Positions 52,620 to 64,000 of a stretch of 64,000 nt of DNA are shown in pieces. Made by a program: the position numbers and the translations under genes. The notes below the pieces were generated by a model. It did no database searches and had not been told where the DNA came from. It saw nothing but the letters and a program-made list of their open reading frames with translations. Source of the DNA: Octopus vulgaris (Eukaryota); NCBI GenBank assembly GCA_951406725.2, contig OX597816.1, positions 157,232,001-157,296,000 of the forward strand. Direction: 5' to 3'. The first letter of the stretch is position 1; the number at the start of each line of letters is the position of its first letter.

Positions 52620-54750
52620 TACATTATATCCAATGTGTGAGAATTTAAATCATTCCTATATGGGAGACACTTTGTGTAAGGGCCAACAATCTGTCTTTTT
52701 CTGATACACTAGTACTGTGAAGTTCGGCGTCAGTGGATCTCATAACTTCCACAGCCGTGAAAGCTACCGAGTACAGTTTGCTATTTCCAATCAACTTGTG
52801 AAAGATCATGATTGATCGCATCCCAGTCTGCGTTATGGAGATCCATAGTGTCACTGGATTTGATCTTTCGCTGGTAGAATCTCAGATCACAGAGAACCAT
52901 GTCATGCTCTGAGAGTAGTGGTGTTTTTTCCATTGCAATATTCAGGATAGTATCAGTGTGGTTACTGAACACTAGGTCCAAGGTGTTTTTGTGACACCTT
53001 GTTGGTTCGCGAACAAATTGGATCAGGGAAAACTCATCCATGAAATCAAAAAGCAATTTGATTCCTTCCTTATCAGAGGTTGAGGTAGAAAAACCTGGTT
53101 TCAAACTGTTTGTGGACCAATCAGCATTGGAAAGGTTGAAGTCCCCCATCATAATATGTTGTCAGCATGACATTGATGGATGAATCACTTAATACTGTTG
53201 AGGCATTCCATGAAGCGTAGTAGAGGAGTTAGAGGTGGTCTATAAAGCCCATCTACAATTAAATTGTTGGTTTTATTAAACACAGAAGCTGTTTCACAGT
53301 AGCTATTGGTAAATACGTCTATTGATTCAGCCGAAAAAGAATCGTGCATGAAAATGGCCGTCCCAACCTTTCTTCTGCCGACACTATCTGCACGGATGGC
53401 TGTACAATTCTTCAGTATCACCTCAGCTTCCAAGTGGAGGTTATTGAGATGGGTCTCTGTGAAGACGAAAAAAAGGGATATGGTGTGGATGGTCATTAAC
53501 CGAGTCCTCAATAAATTGGATTTTCCACTTTTGGGCATTGGTGGAAGGGCTGATGCCTTGTGCATTGAACAAAATGTTGAGGCGATAGCGGTGACTGATT
53601 TTGACTGTTTTGGTGATTTGCTTGTTACTGGCAGCAATGGGAGTTTCTGCAATAGGGTTGTGGTGGGGTGGCATTGTGTGATGGCTAGAATGTTCTTTTG
53701 TAGCTCTTTCGCCAGATTCATCATGGCTACAAAAGAATTCCGCTTGGAGAACTGAAAATGTTTATGGTTGTAGGTTTTGCATTAGTTATGGATCCCGTTT
53801 ATATTTTTATTTGTGCGACGAGTCCCCGGGAGATAGGTAAATGGATGATTATTCTGTAGACATGATCTGTTACGCTGGGAATAGCGGGAGACTCTAGGGT
53901 CCTGTGTAACATGAGTGTCTTTTTTTTTCAAATTTGATTTAGTATTTGGTGAGGGTGGTGGTGGAGTGGTTTTAGATTTGCACATTGGTGGTAGCGGCTG
54001 TTGTGACTAAGAATTGAGCGTTTAGTCCCTGGTATGAATGAATTTTCAATCAGTCAGTGCACAACCTCTTGCGTAGTGAATAGCGGCATTTTGGGGGCTT
54101 CGTGCATAGGTTGCGGGAGGCATAGATTTTAATTTGTGTACATTTGCGTTTGGCAAATTCATTAAGGGGTCTTCAATTAAGCATTTAGTTGGTTGATCAC
54201 AAATTGAGATAGTAGTAGGTTGAAGCTGTATCTGTTGCTGTTTTGAGGTTATTGATGTTGTTATTGTGATTCTTGTTGCTGTAATTGTTGCTGCTGTTGA
54301 AGATTTGATAGGTGGGTAACAAACTCTGGTTGAATTGGCTATGAACAACTGAAATCTGAGAAGTTGACCGTTTCATTAAGTAGGTCATCAATTGTGGATG
54401 AATTAAGGAATGTTAAAGTTTGAGGCTGTGTCAGTTGTTCTTGCTGTGCTTGTTCTTGTTGATGCTGTGGTGATTGCTGTTGTTTTTGCTGAGGTGGTCG
54501 TTGTTGTTGCTGTGATGATTGTTGTTGTTGGTGTGGTGGCTGTTGTTGCTGCCGAGGTGGTTGCTGTTGTTACCGTGGTGGTTGTTGTTGCCGTAGCGGT
54601 GGTTGTTACTGTTCGTGTTGACCAGTATTTGAAGAGAAAACACGTTGGAGTTTTTCAATCGTGTATCGTATATAAACGAGCAAAAATAAACTATTATTTG
54701 CATTTTTTGCGTTGTGTTTGCATTTTGTGTGCAATACTTCACCCATTTTA
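52620..54750 (-). mobile_element. CR1-type LINE 5' portion (ORF1 region plus APE endonuclease); RT missing
   Basis: Frameshifted peptides LFNAQG, VFTETHL, RAD..GR...GTAIF, LYRPP, MGDFNL..ADW, QFVREPTR..NTLDLVFSN, SEHDMV, NADWDAI. Confidence 0.85.
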
Positions 54751-55699
54751 GTTATTTCTATCGCTTTATTTTTTGAGCGAATAACTGAAATTGAAATTAT
54801 AAATTTAGACAGAAATAAAGCGTCAATCAGAAAGAACGCAAAACAGATGAACGATTTTTTTTTTCTATATTGGGTTTCACTCAACACAAAGAAAATTTTT
54901 TGCAAGATTTTCTCCGCAATGAAATATGGAAAAAATAACTGAAAGAAATTTGAAAGTTTTCCTCTATCTTTATACCAGTTTCCACTGTGACGACGGTGAA
55001 ATATCCTCTTCAAGAGCAAATTTGCATTGTCAGCACAGTATATTCCCTGGGGAAACTCGCGACGATGGTATACAAACAACTGTAATTAAATTCAATGTAG
55101 AAGCATAATTCCTGATGTTATTGTTTTAATTAATGTGGTGCATTATCAGAGTGGGTAAAGCGCTGGATATAATTTCGCATTATTCGTTCCAACTTCATGT
55201 GATCTGACTTCAAATTCCACTGAGGTCAAATTTGCTTTCATCCGCTCTGAATCGATAAAAGTGTAAGAATCCAAGGCAGTATATTATAAGAGGCTGGTGT
55301 CTGTTTTAACTCTAAATGTTCTGAGCGCAACGTCTGATATTTTGTGTCGACTTATGTCTACGGTCCTTCCCTAGGATATCCATCGGATATCCTCGGAGAC
55401 TTGCATACATGGACAACTGCTTGTCTTCCTCAGTCTTGCCATGGTATCCCTATATCTCTAGAGAAGCTTGATCAACAATGACTAACGGATGCCACCACAA
55501 GGTTACCAGATTATCGGGAAGATTGTGAATCGGGGAAAGCAGTAGGGCACTGATAAAATTAATTGTACCTGGGCCGAACGGGATCCAATGGTGGAGTGGT
55601 GCTTTTCTGGAAAGACTTGCTTAGAATTGTATGGCGGACAGGTCTCTATTTAGGAGCATTATGTCAGCTGAATCTCCTCCTTCTCCAACAACCCCTTCC

Positions 55700-56900
55700 A
55701 TCTGATGTCCACCATTATAAAAACATCATCATTTCCAACAACCTTTGTTCTATTGTCACCAAGCTAATCATCCATACCTACACTGCACCCTATAGTTCTT
55801 CACCCACATTCCCAAACTGAACAATTCAATCACCCCCTCCTCACTCCTTTCTACGGCAGAATGTTTAATACTGCCTTTCCTGCCCACATTCCTGACACCA
55901 ATCACACTATTCTCCCCCTTTAAATCCGTTGCATTCTCTGGAGTTTCTTCTTGTTATTCTCGCTAGATTTTGAATTCTTATAAACAGTCATCCCACATGT
56001 TGATGGTCTTCTCACTCACGTTAAAACCAGAACTTCTACCCTCTTCTGCATTGCTGAGCTTATCCTCCCCCTGAAATTGTTGGAGTAACCATGGGAACTA
56101 GGATAGGCCTTAAATATGCTAATTTATTTTGCTGATTATGTTGACGAATAATCTTCACTCCAGATCACTGGCCCCAGTCCACAGCTCTTATCCCACCCAA
56201 CTCACCACCTTCATAAACTTCGTTGACTCTTTGCACCTAGTTGTCGACAGCACTTTCAAATTCCCCTCTTCTGTCAATTTATTTTGACATCTCTGTCCTT
56301 ATTGATTGATACGACTTCTCTTTCCCAACAAATCAACACCTTCCCTACGCCTACATAACCATTGTAGCTATGGTCATGATTTCGAAAACTAGCCTCACTT
56401 GATGGTCTTTCACTTTTTGCACCTGGGCTATATCTTGTCCCTTGTCAAAAATGCCGTCCTCTGAGTGTGTATGATCGCATCTCTGCCTGTATGCCATGCA
56501 CCAACTGTAGTCTATGACCGTTTCCCCTCCCATTCAAATTCCACCCTAATAATCTATTTCTTGAACACTCTATCCCGTGCACTTTTGCAGTCTTTACTAA
56601 GACTACATTGCCTCTCTCATATTCCATAGATTTTCTTTTGCCTTTTTGAAACCTCTGATTTGCATCACGTTTAGCTCGTATCCCTTTATTGTAACTGCTA
56701 CCCTAGATCTTGTTCTTGGTGAATGCAATGACATATAGTACATGACCTTGCATTCACAACACTACTGATTTCCTTGGAACCAAACAGTATCTCCTCCTTA
56801 ACATTGACCTTTTTACTTGTGTCAGATATCTGTCGTCCTACATGTCAGTCATTTCAGCTCTGATACATTGAAAAGCCGGCTGTAAGGTATACGGATTGTA
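55700..56900 (-). mobile_element. Highly degraded RTE-type LINE remnant
   Basis: Fragmentary minus-strand peptide traces of the RTE C-terminal region; boundaries uncertain. Confidence 0.4.
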
Positions 56901-57782
56901 TCCTCAAACATTTACAAGACGCCTACCTAAAAATAACGCGTTACCTGTCTATCACAACTTCACCCCAAACGCTCACACTGTTTTTCCCCTCTCATTCTAT
57001 TGTGTAAGTTCAGGCCTCAGCTCACGTGCTTCTTACTACCACAAAGTACACCACCTCACCTTTACCCTCGGCTATTTCTCAACCCCGAACATTAATAACG
57101 TGTTGATGTTCACATAAAAGCATTCTGTCACTTCGATTTCTTGCCTCCTACATTACACCCCACCACAATATAAATGATAATAATGCACATTTATCTTACA
57201 CCCACCATGTTTCGCACTGCGGCCTCCTGATACTACCAGCCAACATGGGTCCAACAGTCTGTGTCCGTAGATGAGCCAGCTTATCTCAGTAGACCGTAGG
57301 CGAGCTCAAAAAGCCAAGTGGCTTAGAGATCGAAGTGTTAGTCATACAAATCAGAAGAGTTGAGAATAACAAACAAAACTGTTGAGTATAAGCAAAATAA
57401 AAGAACTTTAAGAGGCAAATAAACATTTATGGAATATATTTTCGTGAGTTCTTTCATTTACCTCTGAAATGTGTAGACTTTATTCACCAGTCAAATGGTT
57501 TATCTGCCATCTTTCCTGTTTTTTGTTTTGCGACTGCACTCTGCTGTCACCTCAGATTCACGTTAGTCCGGTAACCAACTTCACGCTCTGCGTTCTTTAC
57601 GTTGCCAAGTTCACACTGACTATGTTCGTAGTCAGTTCAAAACCGTTCATCTTACAGCAAAGACGCCACTGTTTATATTAACCACTGATGAAACTATCGT
57701 ATCGAACCGTCTTATCAACTGACGTAAACTTCCCGGCATTCACTTCGAACCAACCGCTCAACACCAACTCGCATCGTCTACC

Positions 57783-58016
57783 TATTTCTTTACTACCCAC
57801 AAGGGGCTAAACACAGAGAGGACAAGCAAGGACAGGCACACGGATTAAGTCGATTACATCGACCCCCAGTGCGTAACTGGTACTTAATTTATCGACCCCG
57901 AAAGGATAAAAGGCAAAGTCGACCTCGGCAGAATTTGAAGTCAGAACGTAACGGCTACGAAATACCGCTAAGCATTTCGTCCGGCGTGCTAACGGTTCTG
58001 CCAACTCGCCGCCTTG
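57783..58016 (-). mobile_element. Full-length SINE family A with 8-bp TSD
   Basis: CGTCTACC at 57775-57782 and 58017-58024. Confidence 0.9.
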
Positions 58017-58786
58017 CGTCTACCGTCGCACATCGGCTCCCAGCATGGACTAACTCGCTATGTGCTCACCAGTAGTATGTACAGTCCGCGCACACAGTAA
58101 AAGCGCGCCAAGCCGTATAGCCTACGCTTTTAACAGTCACGTGTTCGCAATGAATTATATATATATATTTTTCCTTTTCCCTTGCAAAACCAGAGGGTGG
58201 TGTTCTAATTCGCCTCGTACGAACGCGAAATTATCTGAATATAATTTTTCATTCGTGACAATATATTCATATATCGATATTCTGAATTTAACCACTTTCT
58301 ATTCTTATTGTCTCTCACTTGTACGCTCTTTCAAAACCTCATTTTTCTTATCATGTCCGTCCTTCTCTATTTTCTCTCTATCGTTGTTGACTATGCTCAT
58401 ACAATATGTAATCTGTCGCCAACTTTGGCGATTTCTCTCATTATATCTCCCCACTAATTCAATCTTTCATTTTCTCAATCTGTCTCCATCTCACGCTCTT
58501 TCAAGACTTACTCTCACTAAGATCGACACTTCCTCTTCATTTGCATTCCTGTTATCTTTCTTTACAACTTTCTTTTTACATTAATCCTGCAACGTAAACG
58601 GATGTCGTACATTTGATACTTTTCCGTTGTTTTTTTTTTTTTTCTTGTTTCTCACAACTTTGACTTCTATTTCAGAAAGGGGTTACCCAACAAATGTTTG
58701 ATGCATTTCTTTTCAATAGCATATGTATCTTTAATGAACCCATTTATTTTTTATTCTACATATGTTTGCTAGTTTTTGTTTCAGGT

Positions 58787-58852
58787 TTTTACGCTTCTCC
58801 AAATATGTTTTACGCTTCTCCAGATATGTTTTACGCTTCTCCAGATATGTTT
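58787..58852. repeat. 21-bp minisatellite, 3 copies
   Basis: TTTTACGCTTCTCCA(A/G)ATATG x3. Confidence 0.95.
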
Positions 58853-59626
58853 AACTTCACTTATTTATTTATTTGCTTGCCTCTTCAATACGGATTCTAC
58901 TTGCTACTGCCACAGTTAACCTACTGTATTTGTAACTTTTAGAACTCAACACCTACATTCCATTTTACTGATTACTCGACCTAGGTGGATATAGAATGAA
59001 ATTGGAGTCAATATAAAATGCAATGATGTAGCTTGTGATAGAATGACAGGGATATTTGTAGATATTAAATCTTATAACCTCTCTTCCTATCACTACAAAA
59101 TGCTACACTAAAAGAACGAGTGAAAAGTTCGTCTACGCAATAGGTGGATCTGCTTGAAATGCTTGCTAAATCTTATTAAAACCATAGCCTACTGATTAAA
59201 ACATTGATCGAGGGCACAGAATAGCTAGGAGTACAGCACATGTGGAATCAAAATTAGATAGTCGTAGCTGAAATACATTTGAACATAAGTCCGGCTATCA
59301 AGCAACACCTGGGGTACTACAATACTAACGCTATCTAAATTCAGTTTGTATTTTGATTAGAATAGTTAAGTTCTAACAATGTTTAATATACTTTTAAACA
59401 AGATCTTCAACGCATTTATGAATCCATTATATTGGTTTAATTTTGGTTCATTATTTCGTTATGATAAAAAGAATATCGAATTTCATTATTATCATTTAGG
59501 GATAAAATATAGCGAATTGACTCTCTCTTTCTCTTTCTCTCTCTCCCTCCTTTTCCCCCCTCGCTCTCACACACCCATATACACTGTCTCTCTCTCGCTC
59601 TCTCTTTTCAACTCTGTTTCTTTCTT

Positions 59627-59677
<51 letters not shown>

Positions 59678-60032
59678 TTCAATAACATGCAATATTTATT
59701 TTATTGGCACCCAAAGGTGTATCTGAAAATCATACCCAAGAACATAGGCGCCATTTCTTTCGGCCAATTTACCCAACAATCTACTGTCCCTTTCATTTTA
59801 TCCATTTTTTTTTCTAGTAGAAATACCAATAAAGAAATTTGGAACACAAGTAAACTTGATACCGCTTCACTTATGTTTGCGACAAATTCGAACCTGTAAA
59901 AGAGCCATTCACTGCATAGTTTTCATGAAGAAAAATTCTCGATGTAGACAAAAATGTGTAAACACACCAATCAGTCCGGAGCGAAGAGAGCGATGGATGC
60001 ATGCATTTTGATGTAGTTATCTTCTTTTCGGC

Positions 60033-60266
60033 ATCACAAACTGGGATAGTAGCAGGTTGGAGCTGTATCTGTTGCTGTTTTAGAGGTTGTTGATGTTGTT
60101 GTGATTCTTGTTGCTGATGTTGAAGATTTGATGGGTAGGTAGGTAACAAACTCTGGTTGAATTGGCTGTGAACAACTGAAATCTGAGAAGTTGACCGTTT
60201 CGTTAAGTAGGTCATCAATTGTGGATGAATTAAGGAATGTTAAAGGTTGAGGCCGTGTCAGTTGTT
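60033..60266 (-). mobile_element. Second copy of the ORF1-region segment of the 52.6-54.7 kb LINE
   Basis: Highly similar to 54196-54439. Confidence 0.9.
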
Positions 60267-60399
60267 GAACGAGAGGTTCTCCAAACTAAGACAGACCAGG
60301 TCTTTCTTTTTATGCTCCAGTAAGGGTACTGACTAGTTGCGCCAGTAGGCGACCCGGCAGTAGTGAAATACGGATTAGAAGCTCTTTTATCGAAGCATC

Positions 60400-60984
60400 A
60401 TCCAGTCAGGCTGGTTGCCCAGGCCAGCCTAACTACCTCTTTACATCCCTTCCGATCCTCCATTATTGTTTTTAGGTCTTCAACTTGGCATATAACATCT
60501 TCTGCAAGCTGTTGTATATACGTCTTCCGTGGTCTCCAGCCGCTGTGGTATGATGATTTGGTGTCCACAGCAACACATTACTCACAGGTTCTTCTTTACT
60601 TCTCCAGCAGAAGCCAGCAAACCGCAATCTCCACTCTTGGATGGTTGATGAGACAGTTGATACATTCCCATATAACCGTTGTTTGTTAGTTGCTCCCTCC
60701 AAGAGGTGTTGACCACTGCACGTAACATTCCGGTACAGGCACCGTCCAACTCTCTTGGTGAGAGACCAAGTCGGAAATCCATATACAAGCACAAATTCAA
60801 CAACTACTCTGAACAATTCTCTCTCCAGTTTATGTAGAAGGGTTGATCTCCACATTGTTCGAAGACCGTCTATAGCTGCCCAAGCCTTAGCAACGCGAGA
60901 TTTAATATCTTTTTCAGTGGACACGATATTACTGCCTAGGTAAGAAAAATCGTTGAAAATAACATCTACAATAATAGTTGCCAA
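60400..60984 (-). mobile_element. RTE-like LINE 3' fragment
   Basis: DFSYLGSNI.STEKDIKSR.AKAW, VLVYG..TWSLTK, RLRFAGFCWRSKEEPVS.VLLW. Confidence 0.85.
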
Positions 60985-60987
60985 TTT

Positions 60988-61247
60988 CTAAGTAATGATA
61001 TATTCAAATATAAACTTGTTACCTGTTCAACTATGCTTGAGACATTTTATAACTCGTAAGAATACAATTCGCTGCATTTTGTCATGTAGAAAAATGTGTG
61101 CTGTTGACAAAGAGTGAGAACAGACCAAATCCGTCTGAAGTGCCCTCCATGACAAAATGAAGTGAAAGGCTTTCTTACGGGCTCGAAAGTGTTTCAAGCA
61201 TATTTGAACTGGTAACAAGTTTGTATTATATAGATATCACAACTTAG
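60988..61247 (+). other. Long imperfect hairpin (~102-nt arms); candidate structured ncRNA
   Basis: 61007-61089 pairs without gaps with 61227-61145: by manual count 67 Watson-Crick, 5 G-U and 11 mismatches; closed by CTAAGT/ACTTAG. Confidence 0.85.
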
Positions 61248-62293
61248 CGCTTCTAATCCATATTATATGGGCTTTGTTGCAAGAAGCAACCATATCCGTT
61301 TCGTACACTCTTTTATTTGTTACACAGTAGTGCATATTGACTTGGATTTCTACCCAAACATTACGAATTCAATCTTACGGAACTTAATCATATCACTGTT
61401 AAACTGCTATGTTATACGCTTTTGAACTCAACTTCTACTTATTAGTTTTACTGATCATTCTAGGCTGATGACTATAGAATGAATACTCGGCTCAATAGAA
61501 AATTCAGTGTTAAAATTAGTTTGTAGTATATTAGATCAGTAATCGCTTAATGGCAGAGGTAAATGTAGCGACAACACAGATCGCATAGATTTGGACACTT
61601 GCAACAGCGTGTTAAAGTCTAAAGCCCTAAAAATTGCAGTGATAACTTCCATGCTCATTTTAATTATAAATATTCTTTTAAGTTTAAGAAGTAATATATA
61701 ACATAGTCTTGTTTTCTTTGATAGAGATGAATCGCTTTCCATCAAAATATCAAATATAGCAAGTAATATTTTACGGCTATAGAATTTCATTTGACATTTC
61801 ATTGCCGTCAACTTCAAAAGTTTTCGCATAGTAGTATTAACAAAAGCTGTTAATATTTCGTAAAGCAGCCATTTTTAAATGTTTCTCTTGGTACTTCGCT
61901 GACGTTAAATCAGCGTTTATGATTATGATAATATATTGGGAGATAAAGGAAATCATATACGTTCATTGTTGTTTGATATTTGCCTATATTTTTGATCTGA
62001 CAAACCGATTTATATCGAGTAAATTTCTAGCTATCATGGGAAGTGGTCCATTGAATTTATCGGATCGCAACCAGCCCTTTCAGCAACACCCACATCATCG
62101 GAAGAATACTAACAACGACATTAACAACAACTTATTAGACAAGTTATTTCAAAGCGAGTGATTTGATAAAAGCAATATATTTTTTTATAGCTCCCAGAAT
62201 AGTTATTAATTTGTACTGATATTTTGATATGAAAATAAAGAATAGGGTCCTATTGTATATCCTTGTATATTAGGCATACAGCACTAGGTACTA

Positions 62294-62294
<1 letters not shown>

Positions 62295-62345
<51 letters not shown>

Positions 62346-62360
62346 TGGTATGTATGGATG

Positions 62361-62406
<46 letters not shown>

Positions 62407-62678
62407 TATGCATATAAATGTATGATATATGTACGGTTATGTATATATATGCATACCACACACACATATGTGTGTGTGTATGTGTGTGCGTATGTGTGTG
62501 TGCGTATGTGTGTGTGCGTATGTGTGTGTACGTATGTGTGTGTGCGTATGTGTGTGTGCGTATGTGTGTGTGCGTATGTGTGTGTGCGTATGTGTGTGTG
62601 CTCGCGCATGTGAAAGTAATCGAAAGTGAAAACATGTAACATATGGTTCTGGGTATGGATACGTGAATACATGCATAC

Positions 62679-62751
<73 letters not shown>

Positions 62752-62775
62752 TATGTAAACACAAACACAAACATA
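62295..62775. repeat. Microsatellite block: (TA)n, (TG)n/CGTATG, (TACA)n
   Basis: Directly visible. Confidence 0.95.
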
Positions 62776-63519
62776 CAAACACACATAATATATAACGCCA
62801 GATGTATTATAACTGACAACTGAACGAATGATCTGTCAATGCTCTACGAGATTAATATGTACGCGATTAACATTGTTTATCTATAAATATTACCATATTT
62901 TATTATATTAAGTAGTGATGTTTGTGTAATCTGATAACGTTTCCTATTCATAATAAGGCTGGCGTAAAAATTGCTAAACATAAAACTGTTCAAATCATTT
63001 ACTGTTATCCATACGTGTGACGTCACTAGAAAAATACTTTCTGATTGCGATATAAAGCAGTTAAATAATAAGAGGAGTTGATAATGGTACCTGGAAACCA
63101 TAGTGCCTAAGGATCAATGACGCGGATTATATGCAAATACATTTGGGGGTTGTTTTATTGTCTTATTTTCTAATGATTACATTCAGAGGAATGCGGTTAT
63201 GTTGGGACAACGTAATGGCGGAGGTTTCGTTGATTATTATCAACTCCAGTGATCTCCGACATTTATTATTGTAGGATCACAAGAGAAGATAGGGAAAAAT
63301 TGATCTGGTTTTATAAAGGTCAATTCTTTGTATTGACTTTTACACCCAGGTCAGTGGATGTGGAATGCAGCGTAAGCTAATTTTGCCCGACTTAACTGTC
63401 CCTCCCACACTGATCTATATACATACATACATACATACATACATACATACATACATACATACATACATACATACGTACGTACGTACAAACATACATACAT
63501 ATATACATACATACATACG

Positions 63520-63551
<32 letters not shown>

Positions 63552-63573
63552 TATATATATGTATATATGTATA

Positions 63574-63638
<65 letters not shown>

Positions 63639-63734
63639 ATGTATATATGTATATAAACATATTTACCTATTTTTACATATATATCTACATATATTCATAG
63701 ACAAATAAATACATAAATAAGTATTATATCTTTG

Positions 63735-63930
63735 ATTTTTTTTTACTTGCTTCAGTTGACTACGGCCAAGCAGGAGCACCGACTTGGAGAATTTTTAGTA
63801 CAATGTATCAACCCCAGTACTTAATTTTTAAGCCTAGTTCTTATTCTATCGATCTCTGTAGCCGAATCGCTAAATTACGGTGCCGTAAATACATTACTTG
63901 TGGGAGTGGACGAACACAGACAGACAGACA
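63735..63930 (-). mobile_element. Degraded SINE family B 3' half
   Basis: TACTTGCTTCAGT...GGAGCACCG...ACCCCAGTACTT...CTTATTCTATCG...CCGAA.CGCTAA.TTACGG. Confidence 0.7.
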
Positions 63931-64000
63931 CACACACACACACATATATATATATACATATGTGTGTGTGTGTTTATACAGACACACTTTTTTATTATAT

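Noticed and set aside
57684-57712. CTGATGA...GAACCGTC hammerhead-like string
   Set aside because: GAAA is broken and stems I and II cannot form.
58787-58852. Short direct repeats considered as CRISPR-like
   Set aside because: Contiguous tandem units without spacers, in eukaryotic DNA.
59700-60030. Possible mariner 3' remnant on the minus strand
   Set aside because: Only vague motif resemblance; not supportable by eye.

Overview
AT-rich, microsatellite-laden eukaryotic non-coding DNA. It is most likely from an octopus or other coleoid cephalopod, inferred from the SINE families and the (TA)n/(CA)n density. I found no supportable host protein-coding gene, and most ORFs in the track are microsatellite artefacts. 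The window is a mosaic of transposon material: a near-full-length RTE LINE with three lesions (about 10.8-14.65 kb); CR1-type, RTE, Tx1 and R4/Dong-like LINE fragments; several Tc1/mariner relics and a MITE; many tRNA-derived SINEs, some with clear TSDs and two inverted pairs; and Penelope-like element (PLE) remnants carrying at least eight minimal hammerhead-ribozyme motifs, several with non-canonical cores. The most interesting unexplained signal is a set of long imperfect hairpins (28175-28375 and 60988-61247, with degenerate relatives near 58.7 kb and 62.9 kb). They do not look like the surrounding TEs, appear homologous to each other and share flanking motifs. They keep their pairing despite sequence divergence, with G-U wobbles favouring the + strand, so they are a candidate family of long hairpin-RNA units. 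All alignments and foldings were done by eye, and no database searches were run.
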